Below, piece by piece: positions 10,502 to 20,191 of a DNA stretch of 51,501 nucleotides. Position 1 is the first letter of the stretch. The number at the start of each line of letters is the position of its first letter. The notes under the pieces were generated by a model. The model saw nothing but the letters and a program-made list of their open reading frames with translations, ran no database searches and was not told the origin of the DNA. The position numbers and the translations under genes were made by a program. This stretch comes from an uncultured Rhizobium sp. (GTDB lineage Bacteria; Bacteroidota; Bacteroidia; NS11-12g; UBA955): assembly GCA_964645755.1 (NCBI GenBank), contig CAZYBT010000008.1, positions 1-51,501 on the forward strand, in the 5' to 3' direction.

Positions 10502-11734
10502 ATGCTTAAGAACCTCGCACTTTGGAGTCTCGTATGTATCGCAATTGGCATACTTTCAGGAAGTTCGTCTGCAATTTTTCTTCTGTGTTTAGACTGGGTC
10601 ACACAGGTTCGCGAATCGCATAAGTGGTTGATTTACTTATTACCTATCGGTGGTTTAATGATTGGATTGGCTTACAGCAAATCTCCTGAGGCATCAAAAA
10701 AGGGGAACAATGCCATCATTACAGAATACCAACAATTCAATACCTTACTGCCATTCATTACGGCGCCATTGGTATTTTTGGCCACGATTCTCACCCACTT
10801 ATTGGGAGGATCGGCTGGTAGAGAAGGCACCGCGGTACAAATGTCGGCGGCCATTGCAGATCAATTCTCTAGGTTTCAATTCTCAAGGTTTGCAAACAGA
10901 AAATTGCTCATCAAATTAGGTGTGGCAGGAGGATTTGCGGGTGTTTTTGGAACCCCGTTTGCGGGTGCGGTATTTGCTATTGAACTTTTATTTAAAGACA
11001 AATTTCACTGGAAATTCATCCTTCCAACCGCATTGACTGCGTGGATTGCCCACCTTTCTTGTATCACCTTTTTTCCGGTACATCACACAGAATATCATAT
11101 TTTTTCAACGCCCCCAATATCCCTCATTAATTTACTTAAAATCTTCATTGCAAGTATTTTATTTGGATTAACTGCCCGTTTATTTGTGATTTCTGCAAAT
11201 CTTTTTTCGAAAATCGGTTCTTCTATTACAAAAACAGCATGGTTAAAGCCCGTAATTGCTGGAATTTTACTGATTTTCATTTACTCGATTTTCAATTGCG
11301 AGCCATTTTATGGATTGGGAATAAAAGGCATTGAAGATTCCTTTTTTAGAATTTCGAGGGACAGTGACTTTTTGGTAAAATTGTTGTTGACCACTTTTAC
11401 CTTGTCGTTTGGATTCAAAGGAGGCGAAGTGACCCCTTTATTTTTCATCGGTGCCACTTTGGGAAGTGCGTTATCGGGATACTTAGGATTACCCACAGAT
11501 TTAATGGCGGGAATGGGATTATTGGCGGTGTTTGCATCTGCTACTCACTCTCCTGTTGCAAGTTCTATCATGGGAATAGAGCTTTTTGGAATCGAATATT
11601 TTGGTTATTTTATTTTCGTTTCAATTATTGCCAACTTCTTTTCTGGAAAAGAAGGAATTTACAGTGAACAGAAAAGCTTCATGAAACAGTTAAAATTAGA
11701 AAATTTGGCTTTTTGGGGGACGTTGACCAAGTAA
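10502..11734 (+). CDS. CLC family channel/antiporter, probably fluoride-subclass (CLC-F type F-/H+ antiporter)
   Basis: 410 aa polytopic membrane protein. Motifs KGNNAII, GGSAGREGTAVQ and GFKGGEVTPLFFIGATLG stand in place of canonical GSGIP, G(K/R)EGP and GxFxP. As I recall, Asn plus Thr at these positions typify the fluoride-specific CLC clade. Confidence 0.6.
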   Translation: MLKNLALWSLVCIAIGILSGSSSAIFLLCLDWVTQVRESHKWLIYLLPIGGLMIGLAYSKSPEASKKGNNAIITEYQQFNTLLPFITAPLVFLATILTHLLGGSAGREGTAVQMSAAIADQFSRFQFSRFANRKLLIKLGVAGGFAGVFGTPFAGAVFAIELLFKDKFHWKFILPTALTAWIAHLSCITFFPVHHTEYHIFSTPPISLINLLKIFIASILFGLTARLFVISANLFSKIGSSITKTAWLKPVIAGILLIFIYSIFNCEPFYGLGIKGIEDSFFRISRDSDFLVKLLLTTFTLSFGFKGGEVTPLFFIGATLGSALSGYLGLPTDLMAGMGLLAVFASATHSPVASSIMGIELFGIEYFGYFIFVSIIANFFSGKEGIYSEQKSFMKQLKLENLAFWGTLTK

Positions 11735-11742
11735 CCAACAAT

Positions 11743-12237
11743 TTACAACTGTTTTTGGTGCAAATCTGATAAACATGCTTCTGAAAAACCTGCAACATCA
11801 TCATTTTCAAAAGAATCGAGCAAGTCTCGAACGGGTTTATATTGAACATCGCACGGCACGTCAATGGCCGCATAATTGTCATTCAGTCCCTCGAAGTTAC
11901 ACCCTAAGTCAACCAATTGATTGAGCAACCCATTCAAATCTACTTGATCGTTTAAACGCACGATGTGAATGGTTGAATTTCCAGATTCCTTTACAGTTTG
12001 CTTATATGCAAGCATGCCTCCTTCTTTTTCATCTTTTTCCGCAAGGATAACGTCATCGGCGGCTATCAGGGGTGCATAAAATGGGATATTATCGATTTGA
12101 TAAATGCCCAGTTCGGCATCCAAAGGCTTGCACCACATTGTTTCAATCATGTCTTTTTCAAATAGTTCCGAATAAAAACGGAAGACAATTTTCACAAAAT
12201 CGTCTGGAGACTCATGCAATTCTTCTGATGATGACAT
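11743..12237 (-). CDS. Hypothetical protein, DUF4265-like
   Basis: 164 aa. ETMWCKPLDAELGIYQIDNIPFYAPLIAADDVILAE...SGNSTIHIV resembles the DUF4265 pattern (E.lWa.pl...Y.ldN.PF.a.g...D.V). Confidence 0.5.
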   Translation of the reverse strand: MSSSEELHESPDDFVKIVFRFYSELFEKDMIETMWCKPLDAELGIYQIDNIPFYAPLIAADDVILAEKDEKEGGMLAYKQTVKESGNSTIHIVRLNDQVDLNGLLNQLVDLGCNFEGLNDNYAAIDVPCDVQYKPVRDLLDSFENDDVAGFSEACLSDLHQKQL

Positions 12238-12323
12238 GGCACAAAGTTAATTGAAAAAGGGCGAATCATGACTTTGAAAATACGAGAGTAGCAACAATGA
12301 AATAAAGCCGTACCTTTGTAGTC

Positions 12324-13688
12324 TTGGAAGATTTTATTAAACTCGGCATTGCGCAACCAATTATTGACGCTCTTGCCACCCAGGGATATTCAACCCCCAC
12401 ACCAATACAACAACAAGCCATACCTCCGGCGTTAAACCATAGAGATTTATTGGGAACTGCACAAACTGGAACTGGTAAAACAGCGGCCTTTTCAATTCCC
12501 ATCATCCAACATTTGATGGAGATTCAGCATCAAAAAAGATCTGAGATAAAGGCATTAATTTTAACTCCTACGAGGGAATTGGCGTTACAAATCGATGAGA
12601 GCATCCGCGATTATTCTGTCAACACCAAACTACGTCATGTGGTTATATTTGGCGGAGTGAAACAAACTTCACAAGTTGAAGCGATTAGAAGGGGCATGGA
12701 CATCATGACGGCAACTCCGGGCAGGCTGTTAGATCTGATGCAACAAGGTTATATTGATCTTAGGGGAATAACGCATTTCGTATTGGATGAGGCAGACAGA
12801 ATGTTGGACATGGGATTTATCAACGATGTAAAAAAGGTCATTGCTAAATTACCTTCCAAACGTCAAACGCTATTTTTTTCGGCAACGATGCCCAACGAGG
12901 TCGTGAAATTAAGTGAATCAATTTTAAAAGACCCAGTTCGTGTAGCGGTAGCTCCGGTGAGTACAACCGCAGAAAAAGTAATACAAAAACTATATTTTGT
13001 AGATCAAAAGAATAAGAAATTCTTATTGCAAGACATGTTACAGAATTCACTCAAAGAAGTTGATTCTGTACTTGTTTTTACCCGCACAAAACACGGAGCA
13101 AATAAGGTTGTGAAAGATCTCGAAAAAATTAAAGTCACAGCGCAAGCCATTCACGGTAACAAAAGTCAAGCGGCTCGCCAAAGTGCATTAAATAACTTCA
13201 AAAATAGAACCACTAGGGTACTGGTGGCAACTGATATCGCGGCGAGGGGAATTGATATCGATGAGCTGACTCACGTAATCAATTATGAAATTCCCAACAT
13301 TCCAGAAACCTATGTCCACAGAATTGGTAGAACTGGAAGGGCTGGAAACAGCGGCGTGGCGATTTCTTTTGTAGACAGAGAAGAGGTACCTTTTATTCGC
13401 GATATTCAAAAATTGATCAAAATGGAAATTGAAAGAGACGATGATCATGATTTTGGACCTGGCACACAGGTAAAAGACGACACAGAAAGCAAGTCACAAA
13501 ACCGTCCCCCACAAAGAATAGAGCGAAAAATTGCTGAGAAGGAAAAGAACAACAGTCAGTTTAGAGGTTCGGGAAATCAGCCAAAATCTGGTGATCAAAA
13601 TAGAACCCAATCTCACCAAAGACCTCAGAATCAGGAACAACCAAACCGACCAAAAAAGGTGTGGAGACCTGTAGATAAAAATAAATAA
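12324..13688 (+). CDS. DEAD-box ATP-dependent RNA helicase (RhlE-like) with basic/Q-rich C-terminal tail
   Basis: 454 aa with a TTG start. Q motif GYSTPTPIQ, motif I AQTGTGKT, Ia PTRELA, II DEAD, III SAT, VI HRIGRTGRAG. Confidence 0.92.
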   Translation: MEDFIKLGIAQPIIDALATQGYSTPTPIQQQAIPPALNHRDLLGTAQTGTGKTAAFSIPIIQHLMEIQHQKRSEIKALILTPTRELALQIDESIRDYSVNTKLRHVVIFGGVKQTSQVEAIRRGMDIMTATPGRLLDLMQQGYIDLRGITHFVLDEADRMLDMGFINDVKKVIAKLPSKRQTLFFSATMPNEVVKLSESILKDPVRVAVAPVSTTAEKVIQKLYFVDQKNKKFLLQDMLQNSLKEVDSVLVFTRTKHGANKVVKDLEKIKVTAQAIHGNKSQAARQSALNNFKNRTTRVLVATDIAARGIDIDELTHVINYEIPNIPETYVHRIGRTGRAGNSGVAISFVDREEVPFIRDIQKLIKMEIERDDDHDFGPGTQVKDDTESKSQNRPPQRIERKIAEKEKNNSQFRGSGNQPKSGDQNRTQSHQRPQNQEQPNRPKKVWRPVDKNK

Positions 13689-13759
13689 AGGGTATCACAG
13701 GCATCAAAATTTGGATTTGTAAACAAAAACCTTTTGATTTACAATTCGTTCAAATTTAT

Positions 13760-13993
13760 ATGCTTATGAATCACAATACTACTCCAACAATTTCATCTGA
13801 AAAAACAGCTCAGTTAAAACGCAGAGGTAAAACAGGTCTTAATTGCTTGTTCATTGGTGCATTTCTGGGCTTTTTGAGCTGTATTTTGAGCATCACTAAC
13901 CCGATTCCCGACCTATACTACCATATTTTGTACGGACTAACCAGCATTGCAATTACCATAATTTTTGTTGGCCTTTATTGCATTTTTGAGTAA
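13760..13993 (+). CDS. Small hypothetical membrane protein (2 predicted TM)
   Basis: 77-aa ORF with two hydrophobic stretches (LNCLFIGAFLGFLSCILSI; LTSIAITIIFVGLYCIF). No recognised family. Confidence 0.4.
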   Translation: MLMNHNTTPTISSEKTAQLKRRGKTGLNCLFIGAFLGFLSCILSITNPIPDLYYHILYGLTSIAITIIFVGLYCIFE

Positions 13994-14005
13994 CAATTTG
14001 GTGGT

Positions 14006-17000
14006 TTACTGAACCATTACCTTTTTTACAGCTTTTAAATGACCTTTGTTGATTTCTACGAAATACACACCAGATGGCCAATTTTGCGTAACAATTTCCA
14101 ATTTATTTTCTGATATCTGCGAATAATTTTCCATGATTTGACCGGTTACGCTTAAAATCTTAACCGAAGCATTCAAAAGTTCATTGCCTTCTAATGCAAA
14201 TTTCCCTACAGATGGATTTGGATATAAGTTAACCGACTGATTTAACGTCAATTTATCTGCATTCAACGCATAATTGGTGGTGAATTGATATTCAAAAAAG
14301 CTCCCAAAATCGGCATTAAAAGATTTAATGATATTCCCTGCTGCATTTCTAATTCTTACCAAACCTGAACCTTGAGCGGTATTGGCCCACCACGACAATC
14401 CATCGATACCAGCATCGGTTACCACCAATCTGTAACAACCATTTAACTCCAATGGATAACTGTGAATTTTATTGGCAACCGTATACAATTCACTCACAAC
14501 AATTTTACCATCTACATCGTATAATGTCATAGAATTTTCAGACGGATTGTTGTTGGTGCGAAGCTCAATTTTGAATGAGCCCGGAATGACATCCGGAATG
14601 GTTACTTTCGACGACATGATATTGTTCTGAACATAATCATCCGTTTGATTGTTCACCGACTTTATACTGCAATAAAAACGATTGTCACTTGGCAACATGC
14701 CATTGTCCCACAACCCCCATGAAGGCAATATTACACTTACAGTATCCATGTACTCTAAAGTACCTGTCCATGTCCAATTCTGTTTAACGGAGGACTGATT
14801 TGCCCAATATTCAAATGTGATTTTATTGATGGTATTTTTTCCTGAATTTTGAATTAAAACGATTGGTTGATTGCAAATTGGGTTTGATTTTGCATATTCA
14901 TAATCGGATGAAGGTTGTTTGATATCCAAGATTCTGGCATCCAAATCAAAATTGGGCTTATCATAGGTAATCAGTTGATTTGCAACTATATATCGATAAT
15001 CACCACCTGTTTTGTTTGGTTCAGAAATGTGATAATCTATGTAAGTTTGATGTTCTGGGACTAAATGCGGTGTTAAATCAAATTCAAACAATTTGGTTCT
15101 TAGGCCTGGGCACCAACCTTGACGCGGTATAAGCCAAGTTCCACCTTGAGCAATCATTGGGTTTGTTGAACAATCAATATTTGCACTCCAAGTGAATTCG
15201 GCACTGCCCCCTCCAACATTGAGAAAATGGTAAATTGGACCTCCGTTTTGCTCAAATTCACCATCAGAACCATGTCCTGTAGTAGAACTACGCATTTTAA
15301 ATCGACTACCATTGAGAGGCTTAACAAGAACAGGCGCAAAAACAGAATTATTCAAAATACTACCTATTCCAGGCCCCCCTAACCTTGCACCACCCTGCCA
15401 CAATTGGTTAAAATCTAAAACCTTCGCAATAGGTTTACCTACGATAAATAAAAATTCAATGTCCATTTGCTCTTGATTTTGTCCGCCCATGGTCATCATC
15501 ATTCTCTTTCTTCCCTTCAATAAAGGTGCAAAATCAGACATATCGTAGTACCAACTTTTACCTGCTATTCCAAGATCCAGTCCCAAACCATAAGGAGTTA
15601 CAAACGACATAATTTCGTTGTACCAAGGGAAACGTTTTTCAAAATTTAAATTCTTTATGTCAATAGTTCCGTCGGTTTGATTGGCAATGGAGTCTTTTAA
15701 TATACCTTTATCTCCGTTGAATACCTTAGATTTTGTGGCATGATAAGCATACCAGATGGTATCGGTATTGATGACATCATGTTCAACGATTGAACCATTT
15801 TTCTTTGAAATAATTGAATATTGACTAATGGCGTTCGGATTTCTCACAATTGAATCACGAACGATTCTCTTGGCATTAGTGAAGGTATAATCACCTCTTA
15901 TGAAATCTATTGCCGGCTTGATATTCGATGCAGTAAATGATCGATGGATATCGATCCCTCTTTCATATGTCCAAGATATTCCTGAGCCGGTTGAAGATTT
16001 TCCAAACTTCGAATCGCCAACTTGAAGCCCTTGTCCCTCATAAAAAGGATAATATGCAACCAGATTCGAATAATTTGCAAATGAAGTGTCAATTGACGCA
16101 TACATTAAGGCATTCACATCATTGGCAGACAATGATTTATCCCAAATACTTAATTCAGATAATTTTCCTTTGTAATTGTTGTTAAACACTTGATCCTTAC
16201 CTAAGATTACATTCATGAGGGACATAGACTTAGTTTTGGAAGTACCCGATAGCCAAAGAGTTCCATTGAGATAAATGGACATATTGCCTGTAGTTGCATT
16301 TTTGGTGAATGTCCAATGATTCCATTTACCTTCATACTCTGAAGTTGTGGCAGCTTTGTTAATTCTATCGTAAGCACCAGCAGAAAATCCACAATCAAAA
16401 TAAATACTACCATCAGACCATGGAAAGTGAATATTGAGCTGACGTTGATTTTTATCCGTGGCGTAACCATAGATCACGGAAGTTGTAGTGGGTAAACTTT
16501 TAGGATCACCAAAGGCCCAAAAAGAGATTGAAATCTCCTTAGAAATGGAACTTAATTTATTGGCATCCAATTCAATATGTCCATTATTAGAGAAATCGAT
16601 TGAGAAATTATTTGTTGCAGAAATCGCGGAAGTGCTTGTGTCTGTGATACCATCTAAAACAAGAGCATTGGAAATTTTTGAATTTGTAAAAGAAAATTCA
16701 ATCAAAATACTGCTTTTACCATCCCAGAGAAAAGGGTTGGCAAAGACTATTTTATTTTGACCCGAAACAAAAGAGGTAGAGGCGTGATAAACCTCTGTAA
16801 AACCATTTAAATGAACGGTTTGTGGGGTCAAATTTACAGTGGAAATATGTTTTAGTCGGATCTTTAAAAAATTGGCTGAAGCTGTATTCTGGGCGTACAA
16901 TGACAATGCATGGATAAAACCAGAATCCAAACCAGCTGATTTTAATTCAGCGGCGGAATACATAAATTGTGATTTTCCAGAAAAATTATTCGTTGGTAGA

Positions 17001-17485
17001 GAAGCGTTTGCCCCACCTGGGGTGTACACTAAAGAATAATTGGTTTCGTTTTGAACACCAGATACCACGATGTTGTCTTGTGAATAATCATAATAATCAT
17101 AGATGGGTGCCTTCGCATATTTAAAAGAAGATCCTGTAAAATTTGTTACGGTGTAATTTGGGGTTGTTTGGGCGATAGTTTCAATTTTTGTTGAATCAAC
17201 TACAAAGGTATTGCAAGAGTAATCCCATTCACCACAACCTTTATTTCTGTTATTTTGATCTGAAACCAGTCCGTTCTTACAGCGCATGCTATAACGCATG
17301 ATGATTTTTTCAAATTCGAGATTGCCGTCTGGAAATTGAATCACCGTGTCTCTGTTATTGGTTCCATAATGCCAGGTTTTCACAGACAAGGTATCTCCGG
17401 CTTTTTGGGCAAAAATTTGAACGGTATAAAGGGTAAAAATCGCACATAATGCAGCGATACGAATCATTGGGTTTTTGAGTAACAT
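14006..17485 (-). CDS. Secreted PNGase-F-related protein with inserted LamG (Laminin_G_3) domain and T9SS C-terminal sorting domain
   Basis: 1159 aa with a signal peptide.
- KGCGEWDYSCNTFV resembles the N-terminal Cys pair of PNGase F (CDEWDRY).
- DCSTNPMIAQGGTWLIPRQGWCPGLRTKLFEFDL parallels GCSANP...NWAPDRAGWCPGMAVPTRIDV of PNGase F.
- LamG block: ISISFWAF...WNHWTFTKN...MSIYLNGTLW...KGKLSELSIWDKSLSANDV.
- C-terminal NLYPNPSVGKF...GVYFVEI is a T9SS CTD. Confidence 0.65.
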   Translation of the reverse strand: MLLKNPMIRIAALCAIFTLYTVQIFAQKAGDTLSVKTWHYGTNNRDTVIQFPDGNLEFEKIIMRYSMRCKNGLVSDQNNRNKGCGEWDYSCNTFVVDSTKIETIAQTTPNYTVTNFTGSSFKYAKAPIYDYYDYSQDNIVVSGVQNETNYSLVYTPGGANASLPTNNFSGKSQFMYSAAELKSAGLDSGFIHALSLYAQNTASANFLKIRLKHISTVNLTPQTVHLNGFTEVYHASTSFVSGQNKIVFANPFLWDGKSSILIEFSFTNSKISNALVLDGITDTSTSAISATNNFSIDFSNNGHIELDANKLSSISKEISISFWAFGDPKSLPTTTSVIYGYATDKNQRQLNIHFPWSDGSIYFDCGFSAGAYDRINKAATTSEYEGKWNHWTFTKNATTGNMSIYLNGTLWLSGTSKTKSMSLMNVILGKDQVFNNNYKGKLSELSIWDKSLSANDVNALMYASIDTSFANYSNLVAYYPFYEGQGLQVGDSKFGKSSTGSGISWTYERGIDIHRSFTASNIKPAIDFIRGDYTFTNAKRIVRDSIVRNPNAISQYSIISKKNGSIVEHDVINTDTIWYAYHATKSKVFNGDKGILKDSIANQTDGTIDIKNLNFEKRFPWYNEIMSFVTPYGLGLDLGIAGKSWYYDMSDFAPLLKGRKRMMMTMGGQNQEQMDIEFLFIVGKPIAKVLDFNQLWQGGARLGGPGIGSILNNSVFAPVLVKPLNGSRFKMRSSTTGHGSDGEFEQNGGPIYHFLNVGGGSAEFTWSANIDCSTNPMIAQGGTWLIPRQGWCPGLRTKLFEFDLTPHLVPEHQTYIDYHISEPNKTGGDYRYIVANQLITYDKPNFDLDARILDIKQPSSDYEYAKSNPICNQPIVLIQNSGKNTINKITFEYWANQSSVKQNWTWTGTLEYMDTVSVILPSWGLWDNGMLPSDNRFYCSIKSVNNQTDDYVQNNIMSSKVTIPDVIPGSFKIELRTNNNPSENSMTLYDVDGKIVVSELYTVANKIHSYPLELNGCYRLVVTDAGIDGLSWWANTAQGSGLVRIRNAAGNIIKSFNADFGSFFEYQFTTNYALNADKLTLNQSVNLYPNPSVGKFALEGNELLNASVKILSVTGQIMENYSQISENKLEIVTQNWPSGVYFVEINKGHLKAVKKVMVQ

Positions 17486-17634
17486 TATTTACAAATGATA
17501 GAATTGTTATATTTTTCAAAAATATTGAGATAAGGTGAATAATCAAAACATTATTATCGCATGTCAATCATTGAAAAAATGCGTCATTCATGCAATTGTG
17601 ACATAATTGTTCCTTGTAAAAAAAAGAACATTCA

Positions 17635-19542
17635 ATGTCACTTACTAATTTTGAATCAATGACTATCTGGATTTCAAAAAAATCAACTTTAACAGCACTG
17701 ATGTTGCTATTGTTCTTTGTAGGCTGTTCTGAGAAAAAAGCCAACAACAATGATACAGTAGAAATGAAATATTGTTTATCGGCAGACTCCTTAATTGAAT
17801 ATTTTACAACCCATGAAGCCGATATTAATCCTATTTATTTGAGTTACCACATACAAAAGTTAGTGGTTAAAAATCAGTTACCAGAGGCAAAAAAACTAGA
17901 TTCTTTTTCAAAGGAATATGTCAAAAAGAGTCCAAAAAAACAAATTGCATTCTATTTTTATATCGACAAAGGATATCGGTGTTTATCGAATCCTGACCAA
18001 GATGGTTGTCAAGATATTTATAAAAAAATCAATGATTTAAGTGCAGAAATCAACGACTCGGCATACACGGTGGTATGTTTGACTTACAATGGCTCTTTTC
18101 ATTTCTTTCAAAACAAGATTGACAGCGCAAATAAAATTTTCTTACAGGCATATAATTTGGCTTTGGCCACTCAAAACAAGCCATACATAGAGCGCTTATG
18201 CAATAATTTGGGAAGTATAGCCATGAAAATGAAACAATTTAGAAATGCCCGCTATTATTTATCGAAAGCGCTTGTAATCATGAAGGAAAATAAGGTAAGT
18301 AATCCTGTGCTCATTTCAAATTTGGCCACGGCCTATATGTCTGAAGGCAACTATTTACAAGCAAAGCGTACCTTGTTAGACGAAATAAAAAATAACTCCA
18401 GCAATAACGATTACAATAATCAGTTATTGGATTTTAATCTGGCCATGGCGTATCAAAATCTGCAGGAGTTTGATCAAAGTCAAAAAATACTTGATTCTTA
18501 CAAAAATAAGACTATCAATGGAGCCTTGAATTCTTCATTTTTTGTTTTGGAATTGAACCAAGCTAAATTAAGAGGGAAATCACAATTAAAGTCGTTCATT
18601 CAGTTAAAATCACCGATTAATCGAGAAATGAGAATTGCGCTCATGGACTATTTTAAAAATTCACTGAAAGGAATTATGAAGGATCAACCCAACATATTGA
18701 AAGATCTTGGGTTTTCAGAAGTTGAATTAACAGGAGCTGAGTACAACCGATTTGATTACGAAAAAAATGAAATCTTAGCGCAATTGGCCATCAACAATCA
18801 ACAATACTCAATGGCATATGTATACAAAGATCTTTCAAATAAAGCGCTTGATGAATTGAACTCAAAGCAAAAATTAAACGCGGAAAGTGAGATCGACTTG
18901 GCCGTTAAAAATGTTGAACTCGACCATTCTGTTCAGTCCTTAAAATCAGAAAACAAGTACAAGAGTAATCACATTATTCTTACGAACATTATTTTAATCT
19001 TAACAATTTTGTTGCTTGTGATTATTGTATATTCATGGAGGAAGAACAGTCGTATTCATAAAAGTCAACTTGAAACTGCCCAAGAAATGTTGGCAATTAA
19101 AACGGAGTCGGAACGACTACAAATGAACGAAAACCGACTCAATGAAAAGTTATTTTCATTATCGAAACTCATTGTTGAAAAGTCAATTCAATTTGCGAAC
19201 GAATTAAAACAATCAGATGTTGCAAAGAATCCTAAAATCATAGAAATAAGAAGGGGTTTAGAAAAGTTGGCAGAAATTGACAACACATTCGAAAAAACCA
19301 AAACGGAGTTAAGCACAGACGCTATTTATAAGCCTATATTTGATCGATATCCAGATCTAAACCAACTCAGTGTCAACGGTAAAAAAGTACTCATTTTGAG
19401 CATTCAGGGCTATAAACCGAAAGAAGTTGCAGCGATGTTGGATTTGAGTTATGATTATGTGAGAAATTTAAAAACCAAACTCAATCAAATTTTCGCAAAT
19501 AATCAGATTTCAAGTTACCAAGATTTAAAAGATATATTATAG
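17635..19542 (+). CDS. TPR-repeat membrane-anchored regulator with C-terminal LuxR/GerE-type HTH
   Basis: 635 aa. Lipoprotein-like N-terminus (LLLFFVGCS). TPR-like helical repeats (e.g. NNLGSIAMKMKQFRNARYYLSKAL). One TM segment (IILTNIILILTILLLVIIVY). C-terminal KKVLILSIQGYKPKEVAAMLDLSYDYVRNLKTKL. Confidence 0.55.
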   Translation: MSLTNFESMTIWISKKSTLTALMLLLFFVGCSEKKANNNDTVEMKYCLSADSLIEYFTTHEADINPIYLSYHIQKLVVKNQLPEAKKLDSFSKEYVKKSPKKQIAFYFYIDKGYRCLSNPDQDGCQDIYKKINDLSAEINDSAYTVVCLTYNGSFHFFQNKIDSANKIFLQAYNLALATQNKPYIERLCNNLGSIAMKMKQFRNARYYLSKALVIMKENKVSNPVLISNLATAYMSEGNYLQAKRTLLDEIKNNSSNNDYNNQLLDFNLAMAYQNLQEFDQSQKILDSYKNKTINGALNSSFFVLELNQAKLRGKSQLKSFIQLKSPINREMRIALMDYFKNSLKGIMKDQPNILKDLGFSEVELTGAEYNRFDYEKNEILAQLAINNQQYSMAYVYKDLSNKALDELNSKQKLNAESEIDLAVKNVELDHSVQSLKSENKYKSNHIILTNIILILTILLLVIIVYSWRKNSRIHKSQLETAQEMLAIKTESERLQMNENRLNEKLFSLSKLIVEKSIQFANELKQSDVAKNPKIIEIRRGLEKLAEIDNTFEKTKTELSTDAIYKPIFDRYPDLNQLSVNGKKVLILSIQGYKPKEVAAMLDLSYDYVRNLKTKLNQIFANNQISSYQDLKDIL

Positions 19543-19543
19543 C

Positions 19544-19575
19544 AAAAGGTGAGGGGAAATCCCCTCGCCTTTTAA
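19544..19575 (+). terminator. Rho-independent terminator after the TPR/LuxR gene
   Basis: aaaaggtgagggg-aaat-cccctcgcctttt. GC-rich stem (one G-U pair) with a 4-nt loop, followed by TTTT. Begins 2 nt after stop codon 19540-19542. Confidence 0.7.
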
Positions 19576-19849
19576 CTAAACCACACAACTAAAAAGAAAA
19601 TATCTGCTTTAATATCCTAGTTATTCGTTGAACGAAGTTAATGAGTAAAGAAACAAATAGATTTTGCAAAAATCCTTAATCGCTTGAATAGTTTTAAGGT
19701 TTTTCCGTAATTTGAAACATGGAGAATTTTGAATTTCACCAAAAACCAACATTTTGGTTCGAAGGTCGGAATCCCTCAAAAGAAATAAAGTAATCGACTG
19801 CTTTCCACGAATAATTGCTACATTTGCACCCAATAAGACTACCCCTAAT

Positions 19850-20191
19850 ATGTCACAAGATCCAATTTGCCCAGCATGTAAATGCGAATATCCTTACCCT
19901 TCTGGTTTGTTATGGATTTGTCCGGAGTGCGGACATGAGTTTAACCCGGAAGATGAATCAAGCGGTGAATCTACAGGTTTAATTGTAAGAGATTCTAACG
20001 GAAATCTGTTGCAAGACGGTGATACTGTAACCATTATCAAAGATCTCCCTGTAAAAGGATTTTCAAAATCAATCAAAGTTGGCACCAAAGTAACCAACAT
20101 CAAATTGGTTGAAGGAGATCACAACATTGATTGCAAAATCAAAGATTTTGGTGCAATGGCGTTAAAAAGCGAGTTTGTGAAAAAAGCCTAA
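19850..20191 (+). CDS. phnA: PhnA/YjdM family zinc-ribbon protein
   Basis: Internal ATG 19850 of ORF 19754..20191 ([14 protein letters not shown]...CPECGHEF). C-terminal PhnA domain: [23 protein letters not shown]...[27 protein letters not shown]. Confidence 0.88.
   Translation: MSQDPICPACKCEYPYPSGLLWICPECGHEFNPEDESSGESTGLIVRDSNGNLLQDGDTVTIIKDLPVKGFSKSIKVGTKVTNIKLVEGDHNIDCKIKDFGAMALKSEFVKKA

Noticed and set aside
12266-12505. 79-aa minus-strand ORF overlapping the start of the DEAD-box helicase
   Set aside because: It is antisense to strongly conserved helicase motifs (Q motif, motif I), so it is almost certainly a shadow ORF.
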